Shown here: positions 48,950 through 62,095 of the stretch, piece after piece
Position numbering within the stretch: the stretch's first letter is position 1
Layout of the letters: each line of letters begins with the position of its first letter
Assembly (NCBI RefSeq): GCF_009834535.1
Contig: NC_045696.1
Coordinates: forward strand, 89,528,001 to 89,592,000
Direction of reading: 5' to 3'
Source: Camelus ferus
Taxonomy: Eukaryota
DNA: 64,000 bases
Made by a program: the position numbers and the translations under genes
The notes under the pieces: model-generated
Seen by the model: only the letters and a program-made list of their open reading frames with translations
What the model was told of the DNA's origin: nothing
Databases searched by the model: none

Positions 48950-49190
48950 ACTCTCTTTATAAATAAGGAAACCGAGGTTCAGACTGGCTGTATAACTTGC
49001 CTAAGGTTATGGAATAAATGAAGGGACTGGAAATTTAACCCAGAACTGTTCAATTCCAGCTCCAACTGATCTTTCCACTTCATTGGACAGTGCCTCCCAA
49101 CAATGCACAATTTAACGGTGAGGAAACTGAGGCACAGGTGAAATAAACAACCTAAGAGAAGTTGTGCAGTCAGTATGTGATCGAGGGTCA
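48950..49190 (-). mobile_element. Two adjacent MIR fragments
   Basis: TAAATAAGGAAACCGAGGTTCAGA...AACTTGCCTAAGGTTA; and TTAACGGTGAGGAAACTGAGGCACAGGTG. Confidence 0.7.
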
Positions 49191-52100
49191 CTGAGTGAAA
49201 TGTTCAGAAAGCCACATCTTTTTTCCTTTTAAATACCTTAATTCAGCTTATAAAAGATCACAGTCTGTTACTTTTAGAGATTTTCCAGCTTTGGGGATTG
49301 AATTTTGTTTTTCTTGGCAGCATTCGGCTTTGAAAGCAGTATATTTGACACTGCCTTCTGGATTTAGCTTGAAACAAATGACGTAAAATTATACCCCCAT
49401 CCTGCTCTCTTCCAAGTTAGGAACTCAAAAGTTAACTTTTTGCTCAGAACATCAGCCTTTCTGAATGGGTAAGACCCAAGTGGAGTTCTTTGAGATTTTC
49501 AGAGTCAAGAACAGATCTTCCTATTCAGCAAGCTCTAATCATCCTTTTCCCAGCTATCAAAAGTGAAAAAGAGGAACCCTTGAGCTTACAAGTCTCTGTT
49601 GATAAAATAAACCTTTTTTCATGAACATTCTGTCTTTAGAAAACAAGTAGCTATAGCACTTGTTAGTTAATAATAAAAAGAATTCTTCAGTGACTACTCA
49701 GATGAATGAATATTTTTTATAGGCATGGGGTATGTAAGGAATTTTAACCCAGCCTCTGTGTTCACTCCCCCACACAACTGTAGAGCAACCACTGGCCTCA
49801 AATGAATGATGAATGGCCCCAGACTCAACCAGGAGTGTAGACAACCCCAGCCGTATAATTTGGCATCTTTTAGAATTCCTGGGTGGACTTCATTTTTTGG
49901 CCATAGCTGATGAATGGGCTCAGTTAAAGGGCTTTGGATAGACTGCAAATTAACCATCAGGTGTTTCTCCTCCTCCGCCATACCCACTTCTTTTGGTCCT
50001 ATCCATAAAATCCCAACCCCAACTGTATACATCTCAGCCTTTCACTTAGACACATGCTTCTGTTAGTGCATATTTAGCTGCTAAAAAGTTCTATTAGAGA
50101 ATTCCCAATTAATATCTTAGGAGGCTCCAGGCCATGGGGGAAAAGAAATCAGGAAACTGAATTAGTAAATGACAGCAATAATCAGTTTAAACGAGACTTC
50201 TTCCAGCTCTTTGCCTGTGGACGACACAGAATTGCCGAGCTTGCAGGTGGTACTGATGGGTTACCAGAGATGCGGTTCCACGATCATAGTCTCATCCATT
50301 TATTTAGTCTCCTACTGCAATACTCCACGCAGGCATCCCCACCCCAACCCCCACTCCTTGCTCTGTGCAGTCAAGCTCTACTTGCTAATCAGCCAGGCTG
50401 AACAAAGGGTTAAGGCTGCAGCCTTCCTCGCCAGTAGACGCTGCAAACATTCACGTATAGTTTCTGCCTGCAGTCAGCCCTGTAGCTCCAGCTCCTGCAA
50501 AGCCTTCAGCATTTGCAGAAGCACTATTTCCTCCCACCTATGTTTGGTTTAAACTTGCAGTTGACCAGTAGCTCAGAAGTCCACACTTACCCCTGTCGTA
50601 CCTAAAATCTGTCCTTCATCCCCTGCTGAATTTGTTTGCCCTGCCCTGTCCTGGAAAGCCTCAGGGCTTCCCGTAACCTTGATGCCTCCTCCCTGCTGGA
50701 AGTTAGAAGCATCCTCAGTGGCTGCATTACTGCACATTTCCCTAGTAACCTTGTATTTTTCCCCTTCAACTCAAACTTCTCCAAACAACATCATCTCAAC
50801 TGACCCTGAATTTCTCTAGCCCTCTGTAATAGCATTTCCAACTGGCCACACCACGAGATTGACTGGAGAGGGCAAACTGGGGAGAGAAGGTTTGGGGACT
50901 CACCTGCACAGCTGCAAGGATCAGACACAGGATGGGGCTGCCCGCAAACTTCCCAGGGACCGTCTGCAGCCAAGTCTCTTGGCCTTAAAGCGACAGGGCG
51001 CTTTTCACCATATAAGGAAGACAGTTTCACTTGTCTGCTTTGGGACCTGTTTGGGCAAAGCAGCTCCTTCTCTGGACATAGCAGAGGCTTAAGCCTTCTG
51101 GGGGAATCTGGAGCCTGTCAGTCCAAGAGGATCTGTACACAGTGGGCAGCTGGATAACCACTGGTTAAGGCACAAGAACCGGTGTTTGGCAGGCCATTTT
51201 CAAAGGCTGGAAAACCCTTTATGTGAGTTTTGCCCCCTACAGAAAGGATTTACCGTGACTGGGAAGTCTTCCTCAATGACATGAAAGGGCTCTGCTTCTA
51301 TTTCCGGTTTGGCTTCCTGGAAACCAATAATCTTGCTCATCTCTAAGAGGAGAGGCAGTTCGACCCTCTTCCTTCGACACTGAGACTAAAGAGAGACGAC
51401 TGAGGGTGGTGGGAGACTTCGGTTGTTTAAGACACATTAGCCACACTCCCCTGAAAAACGAGGTAAATGGAGATGGTGTTATTTCAGCTGGCAGAGGCCC
51501 TTCCTGAGCAGATACGCACACAGTTCTCCACCAAGGCCATCTCTGCCCCTGAGCAGCCTTTTTGGGCCCCCTTGGCTAAAGCCCACAGCTGAAGCCTGAC
51601 AGTGCTTTTATCTTCCAACCGGCAGGGTGAGAGTGTGTTTTAGCAAGAGCGAACACTTTCTGCTGATGCAATTCAAATGCCAAGTCTGGCCAGTTGGTTT
51701 GAGGTGGATTAGAAGCAACTCCAAAATGTCAGATTGTGAGAACAACATAGAGCTTAATATAGTTATCATTTGGATGGTCACGCACTTTTTTCTTACTGCC
51801 AACTGCATATTGTCTCTTTATTGCTAGATGGTTATGCCTAATGCTTAGCATTTGTGCCATGGATTTTACATTTTTTAAAAACACATAATTTGGCCCCTGG
51901 TTCTATTGTCTCATACTAGTTTCACATCTTACCTTCTTATGTAGATTTTAAGTCTTTAAAGACAAAGACCATTTCGTATTCTTCCATACTCTGCTTAACA
52001 CCCAGCATGGAACAGGCCTAGAGCCGACTGGGAAATACTTGTTATTAAATCAACTGAATGGAACCCAGGGGTTTTGTATGATGTGGACATAGTTTTATGA

Positions 52101-52239
52101 ATAAAATGGATTTTTCCTAAATTATTGTTGTTGTCAAACAAAACTATGAGCTCTTTGCTTTATCATCTCTTTCGTATCAGCTAGTATTTGTTTTCCATGC
52201 AATCACATTTTCTTCAAGGGCAGAGGTTAAAGGAATTTC

Positions 52240-52950
52240 TTTAAAAGGTAATCATTGTGATAAACTCTTTGACCCAGCAATCTGATTCCTAGGAATTTAA
52301 TCTAAGGAAATAATTAAAAAGAAGCAAAACATCTGATAAGCAGAGATGTTCATTGCATTGCTATCTGTAATAGCAAAAGCAAGAAATGACTCGAAGGCTC
52401 CAAAGTCATTTATACATCAATAATAATAGCTCACGTTTATTGATCGCTTATCGCATACCGGGGCTTGTTCTAAGCACTTTATGCAAATTAATTCATTTAA
52501 TCACGACAAACCTGTGTGGTAGGAATTGTCATCATCCCATTTTACGGACCAGAAAACTAAGGTACGGAGGTTAAGACACTTGTATTTGAACTGAGGTATT
52601 TCGGCACCAGCACTTAGAATCTAGCATCATCCTATGCTCCCATCAGGACTTATTAAATATTATAATAGGCGCTGAGTATAGACAGAGTAATAAAATTAAA
52701 TGGTGGCCTTCACACAGCCATTAAAAGTAATAATTATGAAAGGTCTGTACAGGCATGGAAACATGCGTGTGGTATAAAGTTGACGGAAAGAAGCAGAAGA
52801 GAGAACATCTATGATTACAACTAGCTAAATACCTATGAGAAATGGAAGGCCATGTGCAAAACTGAAAATTGCTGTATAACAGTGCTGGACTATGATATAA
52901 TTTATCTAAAATTGTCTTAAACGTTATCTACTATTTTTATTTTTAAATTA
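52240..52950 (+). mobile_element. L1ME fragment interrupted by a minus-strand MIR (~52420-52630)
   Basis: L1: CTTTGACCCAGCAATCTGATTCCTAGGAATTTAATCTAAGGAAATAAT...GATGTTCATTGCA, resuming at CACAGCCATTAAAAG. MIR: TAATAATAGCTCACGTTTATTGA...CCCATTTTACGGACCAGAAAACTAAGG. Confidence 0.7.
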
Positions 52951-54519
52951 GTAAGAAAAAAAAATCCTGGCTACGCAAACGCTGACCTTGCCATTCTTTC
53001 TGCTCTGAGCTCGTCTAAACGACGCCATCAGCCTAGACTAGTGAGTGTCGAGAGGTCCTCCTGACGGTGCCATTACCCCAGGGGAGCTCTCTGCCAGCTG
53101 AGCGAGTCACCATAATTGGGGGTGGGGCCCGCCTGTGTCATACACCGCACACCTGCGCTGCCTTTCATTCACCCTTGAATTGACTGTGCATCACAGTGGT
53201 ATCTCACCAGGTCCACTTTCACCGAATATCTCATGATTTGTGGACCTGGTAAGGATAAAGCATTATGTGTTAGTGATGTTGGGGAACGCTGTCTCACCAA
53301 CATTAGTGGGAAGGCTTCCAGCGAGGGATTCTGAATCTGAAAACGTTTATCAGTAAACACACAGGTATGTCTCAGAGGATGTGTTTATTCTAGGAATACA
53401 AGGGGAAACTTTGGTGTAAATTAACTAAAATTAAAAAAAATGTACTGCTTCTAGCTGTTGAGGGTTGTACTAAATGAATATACTTGTACCTTAGAAGGTA
53501 CTGCAAAATCAAAGAAGTTAAGCTATAAAAAGCATGCTGAAAACTTGCATCAGGAGGCATTAATATTTTTATAGCTCTTGACCCAGTAGTCACATTTTCT
53601 TTTCTAAAATTATTTCAGCGATTTTCTCTCATGGGAGAAGGGAGAAAAAAGGGAGAGACCACGTGATTCCAAATGAATGAGTAAATAAATTACGATTTTA
53701 ATGAACTTAATAGAAGGTTTAAAGGAAAGTAATAGTTTTTTCCCCTAATAAAATGTTAATAATGTAAACTGAAATGTAGCTAGTGAAGACACAGATTGAT
53801 CAAGGTTACTTAATATTCTTTTAAACTAAATACACAGCATGTAATAGTGTATTACTTATTTTGGAAAAGAAAAAATGAGCATAACAAAAACCAAAGAAAT
53901 GAAATAAAGTAAACAACAGGTTGAGAAGAGTGGTTATGGATCCTTCTGCAGTCACAATCTTTTGCACGTGATGTGGGAGGCATCAGTAAGGATATATCAG
54001 TTTACATGTGTTATTTTCATGTTCAAGCTTAAGGTTCAGTTTATTCTTAGGAATGTCAAAGATATTTCTTCAATTTACATTATTTTACAGTTTAATAAGT
54101 TGTTTGTTTCCCAAAATACACAGAAGCCAATTGTTACAAGTGTAAAAAGTGAAAAGGGAGAGTTCCCTCTAGAGGGACCTGGAGATGTCTGGTAGGGGCT
54201 ACAGTGGAGCCACAGAAACACACCAGTCCCATCACTCCTCCCTCCGGCAAAGTTTCCCAGGAGCTACGTCACACCAGAAGCTGCAGATGAGGAACCAGAG
54301 GATACTGTCCTTAGTGGCGGTAAGAAGCGGTCGGCACCCCGATGAAGAGCTGCTGAGGGCCAGACAGGAGCCAGGGCTACATCAGTGACCCAGCTACAGC
54401 AGTGACTCAGCACAGCCCGGATCAGGAGGCAGCTTGGAAGGAGACCGGGAGAAGCGGGCTTGGCTTGGAGGAACTGGGGAAAACACTGTTTACTCAGGCA
54501 TCTACTATTTACGGTTTGA

Positions 54520-56100
54520 TGTTTCCTTCCATATATTTTCTGTGCTTATACAATAGATTACTACTACTACGTACATCGTTCTGCATTTTGATTTTTCACT
54601 TAATAACATTAACAACTTTCTATTATGTATGGATTTTCTGGTACTTAGCTGTACCAGAATTTGTTAAATATATCCTTGCTGATGGGTTTGTTTCTGAATT
54701 TTTGTTACGATAAATATTTATTCACATTCTAAGTGAACAGTAGGTACAATAGAGATAGACAGTGTTTTAGCTGCCCCCTCCATGCCACACCTCTCTTTCC
54801 TGTACACGTCTACTTGTGCACACGGGCAAGAATTTCTCTAGGATTTGAGTGGAGGTCGACCAGCTGGGTAGATGGGAATGCTCATATACATTTTGATACT
54901 GTTAACTTGAACAAACATTCCTTTTTGATCTATATTTTTATTTCTTTTATTGCTTAAAAACGTTTTTCTCTTGAAAAGCTGACATACACATAGTAAAAAT
55001 ATCAAATGGCATAAAAAGGATATATGGTAAAAAGGCAAGTCTTCTTTTTATGCCATCTCTCACTCTTCATCTCCAGCAGCAAATGTTCTTGGATGCTCTG
55101 AAGTACACACGTGTGTAGGAGTGTGTGTGTGTTTAAACAAATGACATCATAATATATCTACGTATTTGTGCATATATCCTTATATATGTATACACACAAT
55201 AGATATGATATATGATATGTTATTTGTGTGTATGTATATCTATTTTTGCAACTTGATCTTTTCACTTAACAATATATCTTAGAGATTATTCCACATCCAG
55301 GCCTGCAGAGCTCCCTTATTTTTTTAAATAGCGGGATATCACAATGGTATCCTCTGGGAATATACCATAATTTAGCCAACCTCCTATTGGTGTACATTCA
55401 AACTGTTTCCAGGCTATTGCAACTATACTAATTGCATAATAAATATCTTTATTCGCACACATGATTTCAACAATAACCAAAAAAATTCTATTGGCATTTT
55501 TTATTGGTATCACATTCAGTTAATAATTTAATTTAAAGAGAGTTGACATCTTTATAATACTTAACTCTTAGTCTAAACACAGAAAATGCCATTTTATTCT
55601 GTCAAGATTCTTCCAAGTCACATATATCCTGCACATTTATTGTTATTTTTATTGTAAGGTATTTAACTATTCTGAACACTCTTTTAAATGGGAATTTTTT
55701 CATTACATTTTCTAACTTGTTCTTATATAGAAAAGATACTGGTTTTTGCATTTTACAACCACTTCTCTTACTGGATCATCTTATCATTTCCAGTCATTTT
55801 CCATGTGGCTTTCTTTTAGCTATTGTGATTATACCATCTGTAAGTAGTTATCATCTTTGCTCATCCTTTTCAATTTTTTATATATTTTTTCTATTATCCC
55901 AGTGGGTAGTACTTAAATAATATTATATGTTAAATATGTTGACAATGTTGTCTTCTCTTTAATGGGAAATCTTCTTATATTTCCCCATGAATCAAGATGC
56001 TGCCTTGGAAAAAATCAGAATAGCTAATTCCTCACCACTATAAAAATAATTTATGTATAAAATTTCAATTTTACTAAGCATGTATCTAGAACGAGTTTAT
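54520..56100 (-). mobile_element. Fragmented L1M (MC/ME) block
   Basis: TTTTCACTTAACAATATATCTTAGAGATTATTCCACATC...CCATAATTTAGCCAACCTCCTATTGGTGTACATTCAAACTGTTTCCAG...GAGAGTTGACATCTTTATAATA; AT-rich low complexity at ~55140-55250. Confidence 0.7.
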
Positions 56101-56820
56101 TTTTAATGACTAAGTTTGGTAGCTCTAACAGCCCTGGCCATCAGGTGTGATAATTCTCCATTTAACTGTTCCTCAGCTATTTCTCCAGGTTTCCAGGTGT
56201 TCTCAGAGGCCATCTGAAGTGTACCCAAGGCAGGCAGGGCCTCCGTTGTCCTCCCTACTTTGCCATCACTACTGCAAGTGACTTTCACAAGGTGCTTCTG
56301 AGCCCAGGTGTCCTCTGCTGGTGACCACTGCAGCTCACCCTGTGCCGGCCTCCCTGGAGGTAAGAGGGAAGGGAAGCCCTTCTCCCCTCTGTCACTCCAG
56401 CTGATGTGAGACCTTCTCCCCACTGTCTCACAGGACAGCCGACTCAAGGATAAAGCACAATGAGACATTACTGAAAGTTGGAAGTGAATGGAAGAGAAAA
56501 AGCACAGCACATCCCAGACTGGCCTTAGGGGCCCCTATGAGGCGGGTTACCTGCCTCCGTCTCCATCTGTCTCCAGATGTCAAGAGAATCCTTATGTCTT
56601 GGAGTCTGGACAATATGACAACCCACTCCTATAAGAGGAGAAAGATCATCTCCAACATAAGTATAAGGCCCACTTCCAGAGCCCTTATTCTCTTCCCAAT
56701 TTTGGTATCTTCTAGAACCACAGTGGAAAGACACATTCCCTTCTGGAAAGCGCTCACCCACCCATGTACAGGCAGAAAGTCTGTCCCTAAGGCCCTAGCA
56801 AGACAACCAAAGCATAACTG
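56100..56820. mobile_element. Degenerate MaLR (MLT1-like) LTR fragments
   Basis: Composition and a terminal CCAAAGCATAACTGACATCA resembling a reverse MLT1J/K start. Family uncertain. Confidence 0.35.
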
Positions 56821-57374
56821 ACATCATGTAGATTACATATTTAAAATGTTCCCTTGAGAACTAACACCAGGGGGAGATCGCTTTAAATTATTCTTAGATT
56901 AGAGATTGGCCTCCTTTTAAAGACTGAATTTTTTATTTGGTGATGCCATGGATGTGACCTGAGCTATGAGGGCAGGATCAGGAATTATCTGGACACCCAT
57001 TTGGAGGAGGACGACCAGCTCTTGACGTTAAGTTCCAGGAAATGCCCTGAACAAAGGCTTAATAATTTTTTGACTAGCATGAAGGCTTTGCTAGCAAATC
57101 TTCATTTCATACAAAGTTACAGGCGTGGAACCAATGTTCCCTATGTGTGCGCCACAGTTTGCCCTGTCCCCCAGCCCCACACTAGCCCAGGAAATGGAAG
57201 CCCAATCTAATGACTTCCTCTAGGAAACCTAATTCTTTCCATAAGCTCCATCAGTTCTTCAAGCCCCTCATTGCTTTGAGGTCTATTTAACTGAATGAAT
57301 AAATGAACATTATTGATATGGGGGTTTCAGTTTCTGTCCCTTGTGAGTGCGTGCCCCTTCTGAAGGTGAGAACT

Positions 57375-57620
57375 GATTCATTCTTTGATAAAAGTTTGTT
57401 GAAAGTCTACAACAAGCAGGGCTCTGTTCAGAACCCTGGGGATACAGCTGTGGACAAAACAGACAAAGTCTCAAGGATCACAGAGCTTACGTTCTCGTGG
57501 GGAGAGACACCAGTAAAGAAATGAGGGAGAAAATGCCAGGTGGTGATAAATTCTGTGATGAAGACAAAACAGGCTAAGTGAGGGGATGACTGGGTGTTGG
57601 TCAGAACAGGACTTTCTGAA
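57375..57620 (-). mobile_element. L2a 3' fragment
   Basis: CCCTGGGGATACAGCTGTGGACAAAACAGACAAAGTCTC...GAGCTTACGTTCTCGTGGGGAGAGAC...GGTGATAAATTCTGTGATGAAG. Confidence 0.8.
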
Positions 57621-59151
57621 TTCTTTTAGGCAGATCACATCCTGCTTCTCAGTTCCTGTTGCTCTTCACCTGGCAAATGATTCTCAATAAATGTCAGAGA
57701 ATCATTTATTTATTTATTGTTCGAAAAACTGACGAAATTTTCCATTTTAGGACTTTTAATTTCATTTGGTTCAGAGAGTAGAATTTATTTTTTATCTCCA
57801 AATCAGATGGCACTCTCGCTGGCCTTTCAATGGAAGCCTTCTCTCCTTTGTGCCCAGTATATCGCCAGTTGTCACTTATACCAGTTACAAAAGTGCCAAT
57901 ACAAAAATAAAGGGATCTCAAATTCCGGTCAAGAAACATCTGCAAAATAGTCGGCATTATTCTCAGACAATCGTCTCTCCAAGCAATTCTGGAAACTCCC
58001 CAGTTGTACCTCTTGACAGCTTTGCACCTGGGGACTGGCACGGAGACGTTTATGCGGAGTGCTGTTCCAGGCCTCACGCCAGCGCTGCGGGAGGGGAGGC
58101 TGGAGGGAGCTCTGGTTTATGGCACAGTGAGGTTAGCCATTTCCTGTTCCCATAAGCTATTTCACTTGCAATAAAGGTCAATGGGCCTTTTTAGGAAGGA
58201 GAGCTAGACCCCTATCTAAAACTGCCGTCTTTGACAGTCAAAAAATCAGGCTGCTTTAGATTCTTCTGGAAAGTGGCAGGATGTTTATTTAACTTGGAGC
58301 GTGGTTCGGTACCACCGGCTGATGAGCAAGGCAGTGAGAATTCACTGACTTCAGGGTGGAAGACTTAAATCCTCAAGTAGCCTGACCGCAAAGCTAAGCA
58401 GGGCGTGGCCGACTGTGGGTCTGTCTGGTTGTTACCTTGATGTGTGAACTCTGCCTAGAAATACATTTCTGTACGCAGCATGGTCTATCCCTGGACTTCC
58501 TGGGAAGTTGGTATCATAAACTACTGTGTTTTGCAGTCCACGGCATCTGCAAATCCAGTACAGCAGAAGCAGCTCTACTCACAGTGCATTTTAATTTCTT
58601 TCTTATTGGTTTTTAAATAAAGAAATCAAATTGGGGGAGGGTTTCCCTAAAGACAGGACAGGGCACTGGGCTGCAACATTTTTATTCACTATCTCCTAAA
58701 GGGATTTCGAAAAACTCTGCACCCTCCTTCAGTTTTATGTTGTCGTGTAAAAATTTTCATCAAAAGCTTGAACGGTAGCAAAGGATATAATTTATGATCT
58801 GTTGTAAATATTGGCTTTTAAAGTGATACGGTTACCCAACTCATTATAATAAATCCAATGGCATGTAGACACTATAGCAACTTGATACCCTCTATCAGTC
58901 ACTGGGTAAGAATTGCAAATTTTACATCTTTTCATTTTCCCCTTGTATTCTTATTTTTATTCATATATAGAATTTTATCCTGATTAAATGTATTTTTGTG
59001 TTTGAGTATTTAATTATTTACCATTTCATATTTCCCTATAAAAATTGAGTGAAATTAAAAAAAATTTTTTCTTATCTGTGACCATAAGGCTCAAACTGTT
59101 AAAAAAATTCATCTGAGCAGAGTCATCATTACAATCATTACTAGGAATACT

Positions 59152-59533
59152 TGTAGCAGAAATAATGCTATGTTCACCACAACCTTTTCTCTTCTTGGAG
59201 GTACAGGAAGTTTATATTTCTCAGTTTCCTATCGGGAGTGTGAGCAGAAATGAGGTATCGTTTCCTGCCCTAGTTAAGAGTGGGTTGAACTGAGCTCTTT
59301 TTCTCTCTCTCTTTCTCTCCTTCCCTGCTGGAAGCGGGAAATTCTGAGATGGCAAAGATGCAAGATGAAGCAGAGTTATCTAGGACCCCTTGGAGAAGAG
59401 TCCCCACATAGAGCCCCCTTGTCTGCACCAGACTGTCATACAAAAAGTAGCAACAGACTTCTGTTGCATTAGGCCATTGAAGTTTTAAGTTTATTGGTTA
59501 CTGTAAGGTAGCTGACACTATCCTGATTAATAG
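59152..59533 (+). mobile_element. MLT1J/I-like MaLR solo LTR
   Basis: Starts TGTAGCAGA, contains TGTGAGCAGAAATGA and ends TAGGCCATTGAAGTTTT...ACTATCCTGATTAATA. Confidence 0.65.
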
Positions 59534-60477
59534 ATGCCACAACCGATCAAAACAACATGGATATTTTACAACTTTTCACAGGTTATTGTTAAGAAAAACA
59601 ATGTTTAATTTTTGAAAATGCGTCTCAATAAAAACATTGAGCAGCCTCGTTCATGGAGATGGGAACGAAGGCAGTTATAGCAACGCCTCCCCGTTGAAGC
59701 ACAGCGTGCCCAGTGCAAATCACCCTAATGAGGGTTTGTAAAACGGGACAAACGCTATTGGAGGATTGAAGTAGGAAAAGGATTTCTCAGGGTCAATTTT
59801 AGGAACAAGGTATATGAAGTGTGAAGATCTGGAAATTAATTCCCCTAAAAATCTCTGTCTACTCATTTGAAAGTCTCTGTGGGTGTCCAGTGACACTTGT
59901 ATTTCACATTTAAGACCCATCTAGGGAAGAGGAAGGAGGGTCAGGAGATGGAGTGGCCCCTGACCTGTCCTCTTTTGGCTGCAGACCTTTACCCAAATCC
60001 TTGGCTCATCTTTTTCTGTCCTTCCTTCTAACTCCCGCTAACTCACAAAGAGAAAGATCCTGATCAAGGTTAAAGTCTGTGACATATAAAGAGTTATTTC
60101 AAATCAATAAGAAAAATATGATTATTTCAGGAAAAAATGGGCAAATGATACAAAGCAGCAATTTGCAAAAGAAGAAATACAAATGGCTAATACCCACAGA
60201 AATCATTAAAGCTCACTTGGAATTCATTAATGTGTAATTTGAAATAATGAGGTACCATTCTGGAAATAAAATTAGAAAAACTAACCTTTAGTGATGGTTG
60301 GGAAGAGAATAAACTAATTTAATATTTAATATTTCTAGAAAGCAATCTGGCAATATATGTCAAAAACAGTTTAAAAATATATAAAGTTGAGCTAGCACCC
60401 CACTTTGAAGCATTATTCTAAGCAATAATCATGAATAGGTTGGAAAAAATTTATCCCTGAGCTTTACCACAGTTTTT

Positions 60478-60775
60478 TAAGTCAAGGTTCTTTGGCTGCA
60501 AATATTAGGTTGCCAAGGATCTTTCATTTGAAATGGCTACTCTCTCCTGCATTTTCTGGTTCTCTTAGTTACAACTCTTGATTGATTTAAGACTGATAGC
60601 TTGCTCAGTGCCAACAGATTGACTGACTTCATCCAGTCAACTATTGTTTGTCTGGGAAGAGAAGTGTCATAGGATGTATGGGGTTACTTCTTCCAAGGGC
60701 TATTTGTAGGGTGAGAGTTAGGTGCTCCACCCTCCCTAAGAGACAGGAAATGAAATAAGCAGAGCATATCTGCAA
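60478..60775 (+). mobile_element. MLT1K-like LTR fragment
   Basis: GTCAAGGTTCTTTGGCTGCAAAT start; degenerate. Confidence 0.4.
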
Positions 60776-60993
60776 TGGTGATGAAGAGAAATCACTTAAA
60801 AGCCCAGCTCAGGATTTGAAGTAAACTGCGACACCATGCAGCGAGATAACTATTATAAATGTTCTTATAGAAGACTAGTTAATAACATGGAAATATATTT
60901 ATGATATATTGCTATTTCTAGAGGAAAAAACATGTGGCAAAGAGAATAAACAGTATAGTATTTTTAAAATGTTTACATTTATAAAGAAAGAAG

Positions 60994-61445
60994 TGCTATG
61001 GACTGATTGTGTCACTTATCCCTGCCTCCCCCCTCCCATTCTCATGTTGAAGCCCTAAACTCTGATGTTATGGTGTTTGGAGGTGGGATCTTTGGCAGGT
61101 AATTGGGTTTAGAGGAGCCAGTTTCCCATTGGGAGTGTGAGCAGAAATGAGGTATTGTTTCCTGTCCTAGTTAAGAGTGGGATGAACTGGGGTCAAGAGG
61201 ATGGAGCCCCCAAGATGGAGTTAGTGCTTTTATAAGAAGAGGAAGAAACCAGCATCCTCTCTGTCCATCATGTGAGGATACAGCAAGAGGGAGTTACATG
61301 CAAACCAGGAAGAGGACACTCACCAGACACTGGATGTATGGAACCTTGATCTTGGACTCCCAGCCTCTAGAACTATGAGAAATAAATATTTGTTGTCCAA
61401 GCCACCTATGGCATCTTGCTAGAGCAGCCTGAGATGACTAAGGGA
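60994..61445 (+). mobile_element. MLT1A MaLR solo LTR carrying a 71-bp foreign insert
   Basis: TGCTATGGACTGATTGTGTC...ATGTTGAAGCCCTAA...CATGTGAGGATACAGCAAG...CCAGCCTCTAGAACTATGAGAAATAAAT...GACTAAGGGA. Confidence 0.88.
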
Positions 61446-61909
61446 GAAAGGAGATACACCAAAACTTCAGGGGTGGAAACACCTGGTGGTGGGGTTAGTA
61501 GTCATTTCTAATTTCTTATCTTTATGAAACCCTTTTTTTCTAAATTAATGAGTTAAAATATAAAAGTATTTTAATAAGAAAAACAATATTCAGTTTCAGG
61601 GATAGCTCCTCAGTCTCTAAGGGGACTGAAAAGAAACAAACCAGAACCTAAATTCTGGGTGCACTAAGGTCAAGGACTCTGACAAGAGGCTGCAAAATAC
61701 GCACCCGGTTCCTGGAGCGCTGGCCACACGCAGGCTTTGGCTGCGAGCAGCAGCAGGTTCTAACTGCTGGAGCTGGGCGTGGGAGAGGTGCTACTGAAAG
61801 GATCACTCCACTCCTCTTTCTGGTTCCCACTTCCCTCCAGGAGCACGGATGTGAACTCTAAGGCCCTTCAGTTATACTTCATGATTTTTTTTATATGAAA
61901 ACATGTCAT

Positions 61910-62095
61910 TTAGGGAAAAGAGAACTGGACTCAGAAATAGAGGCCCCAAATCTGGTCTGATGGTTCACTAGTCGGGTTCTCTTTATGAAGCCACCAAACC
62001 TCCTAGAGCCTCTTTGGGAATAATAATGGGTCACCCACTTTCCTCATATGGTTATTGTGGCGACTGAATGAGATAATATGTGAAAGAGCTTGAAG
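61910..62095 (+). mobile_element. MIR SINE
   Basis: GAACTGGACTCAGAA...CCTCATATGGTTATTGTGGCGACTGAATGAGATAATATGTGAAAG. Confidence 0.7.

Larger units (their letters stand above)
60075..61580 (+). mobile_element. L1ME-type LINE split by two LTR insertions
   Basis: CAAATCAATAAGAAAAAT...AAAAAATGGGCAAATGATA...GAAGAAATACAAATGGCTAA...TTTCTAGAAAGCAATCTGGCAATAT; resumes at ~60830-60990 and ~61450-61580. Confidence 0.7.

Noticed and set aside
51727-51760. DCENNIEL, resembling the IQCJ peptide DAENNIEK
   Set aside because: Wrong strand for IQCJ-SCHIP1, only 5-6 residues match, and there is no flanking similarity or splice context.
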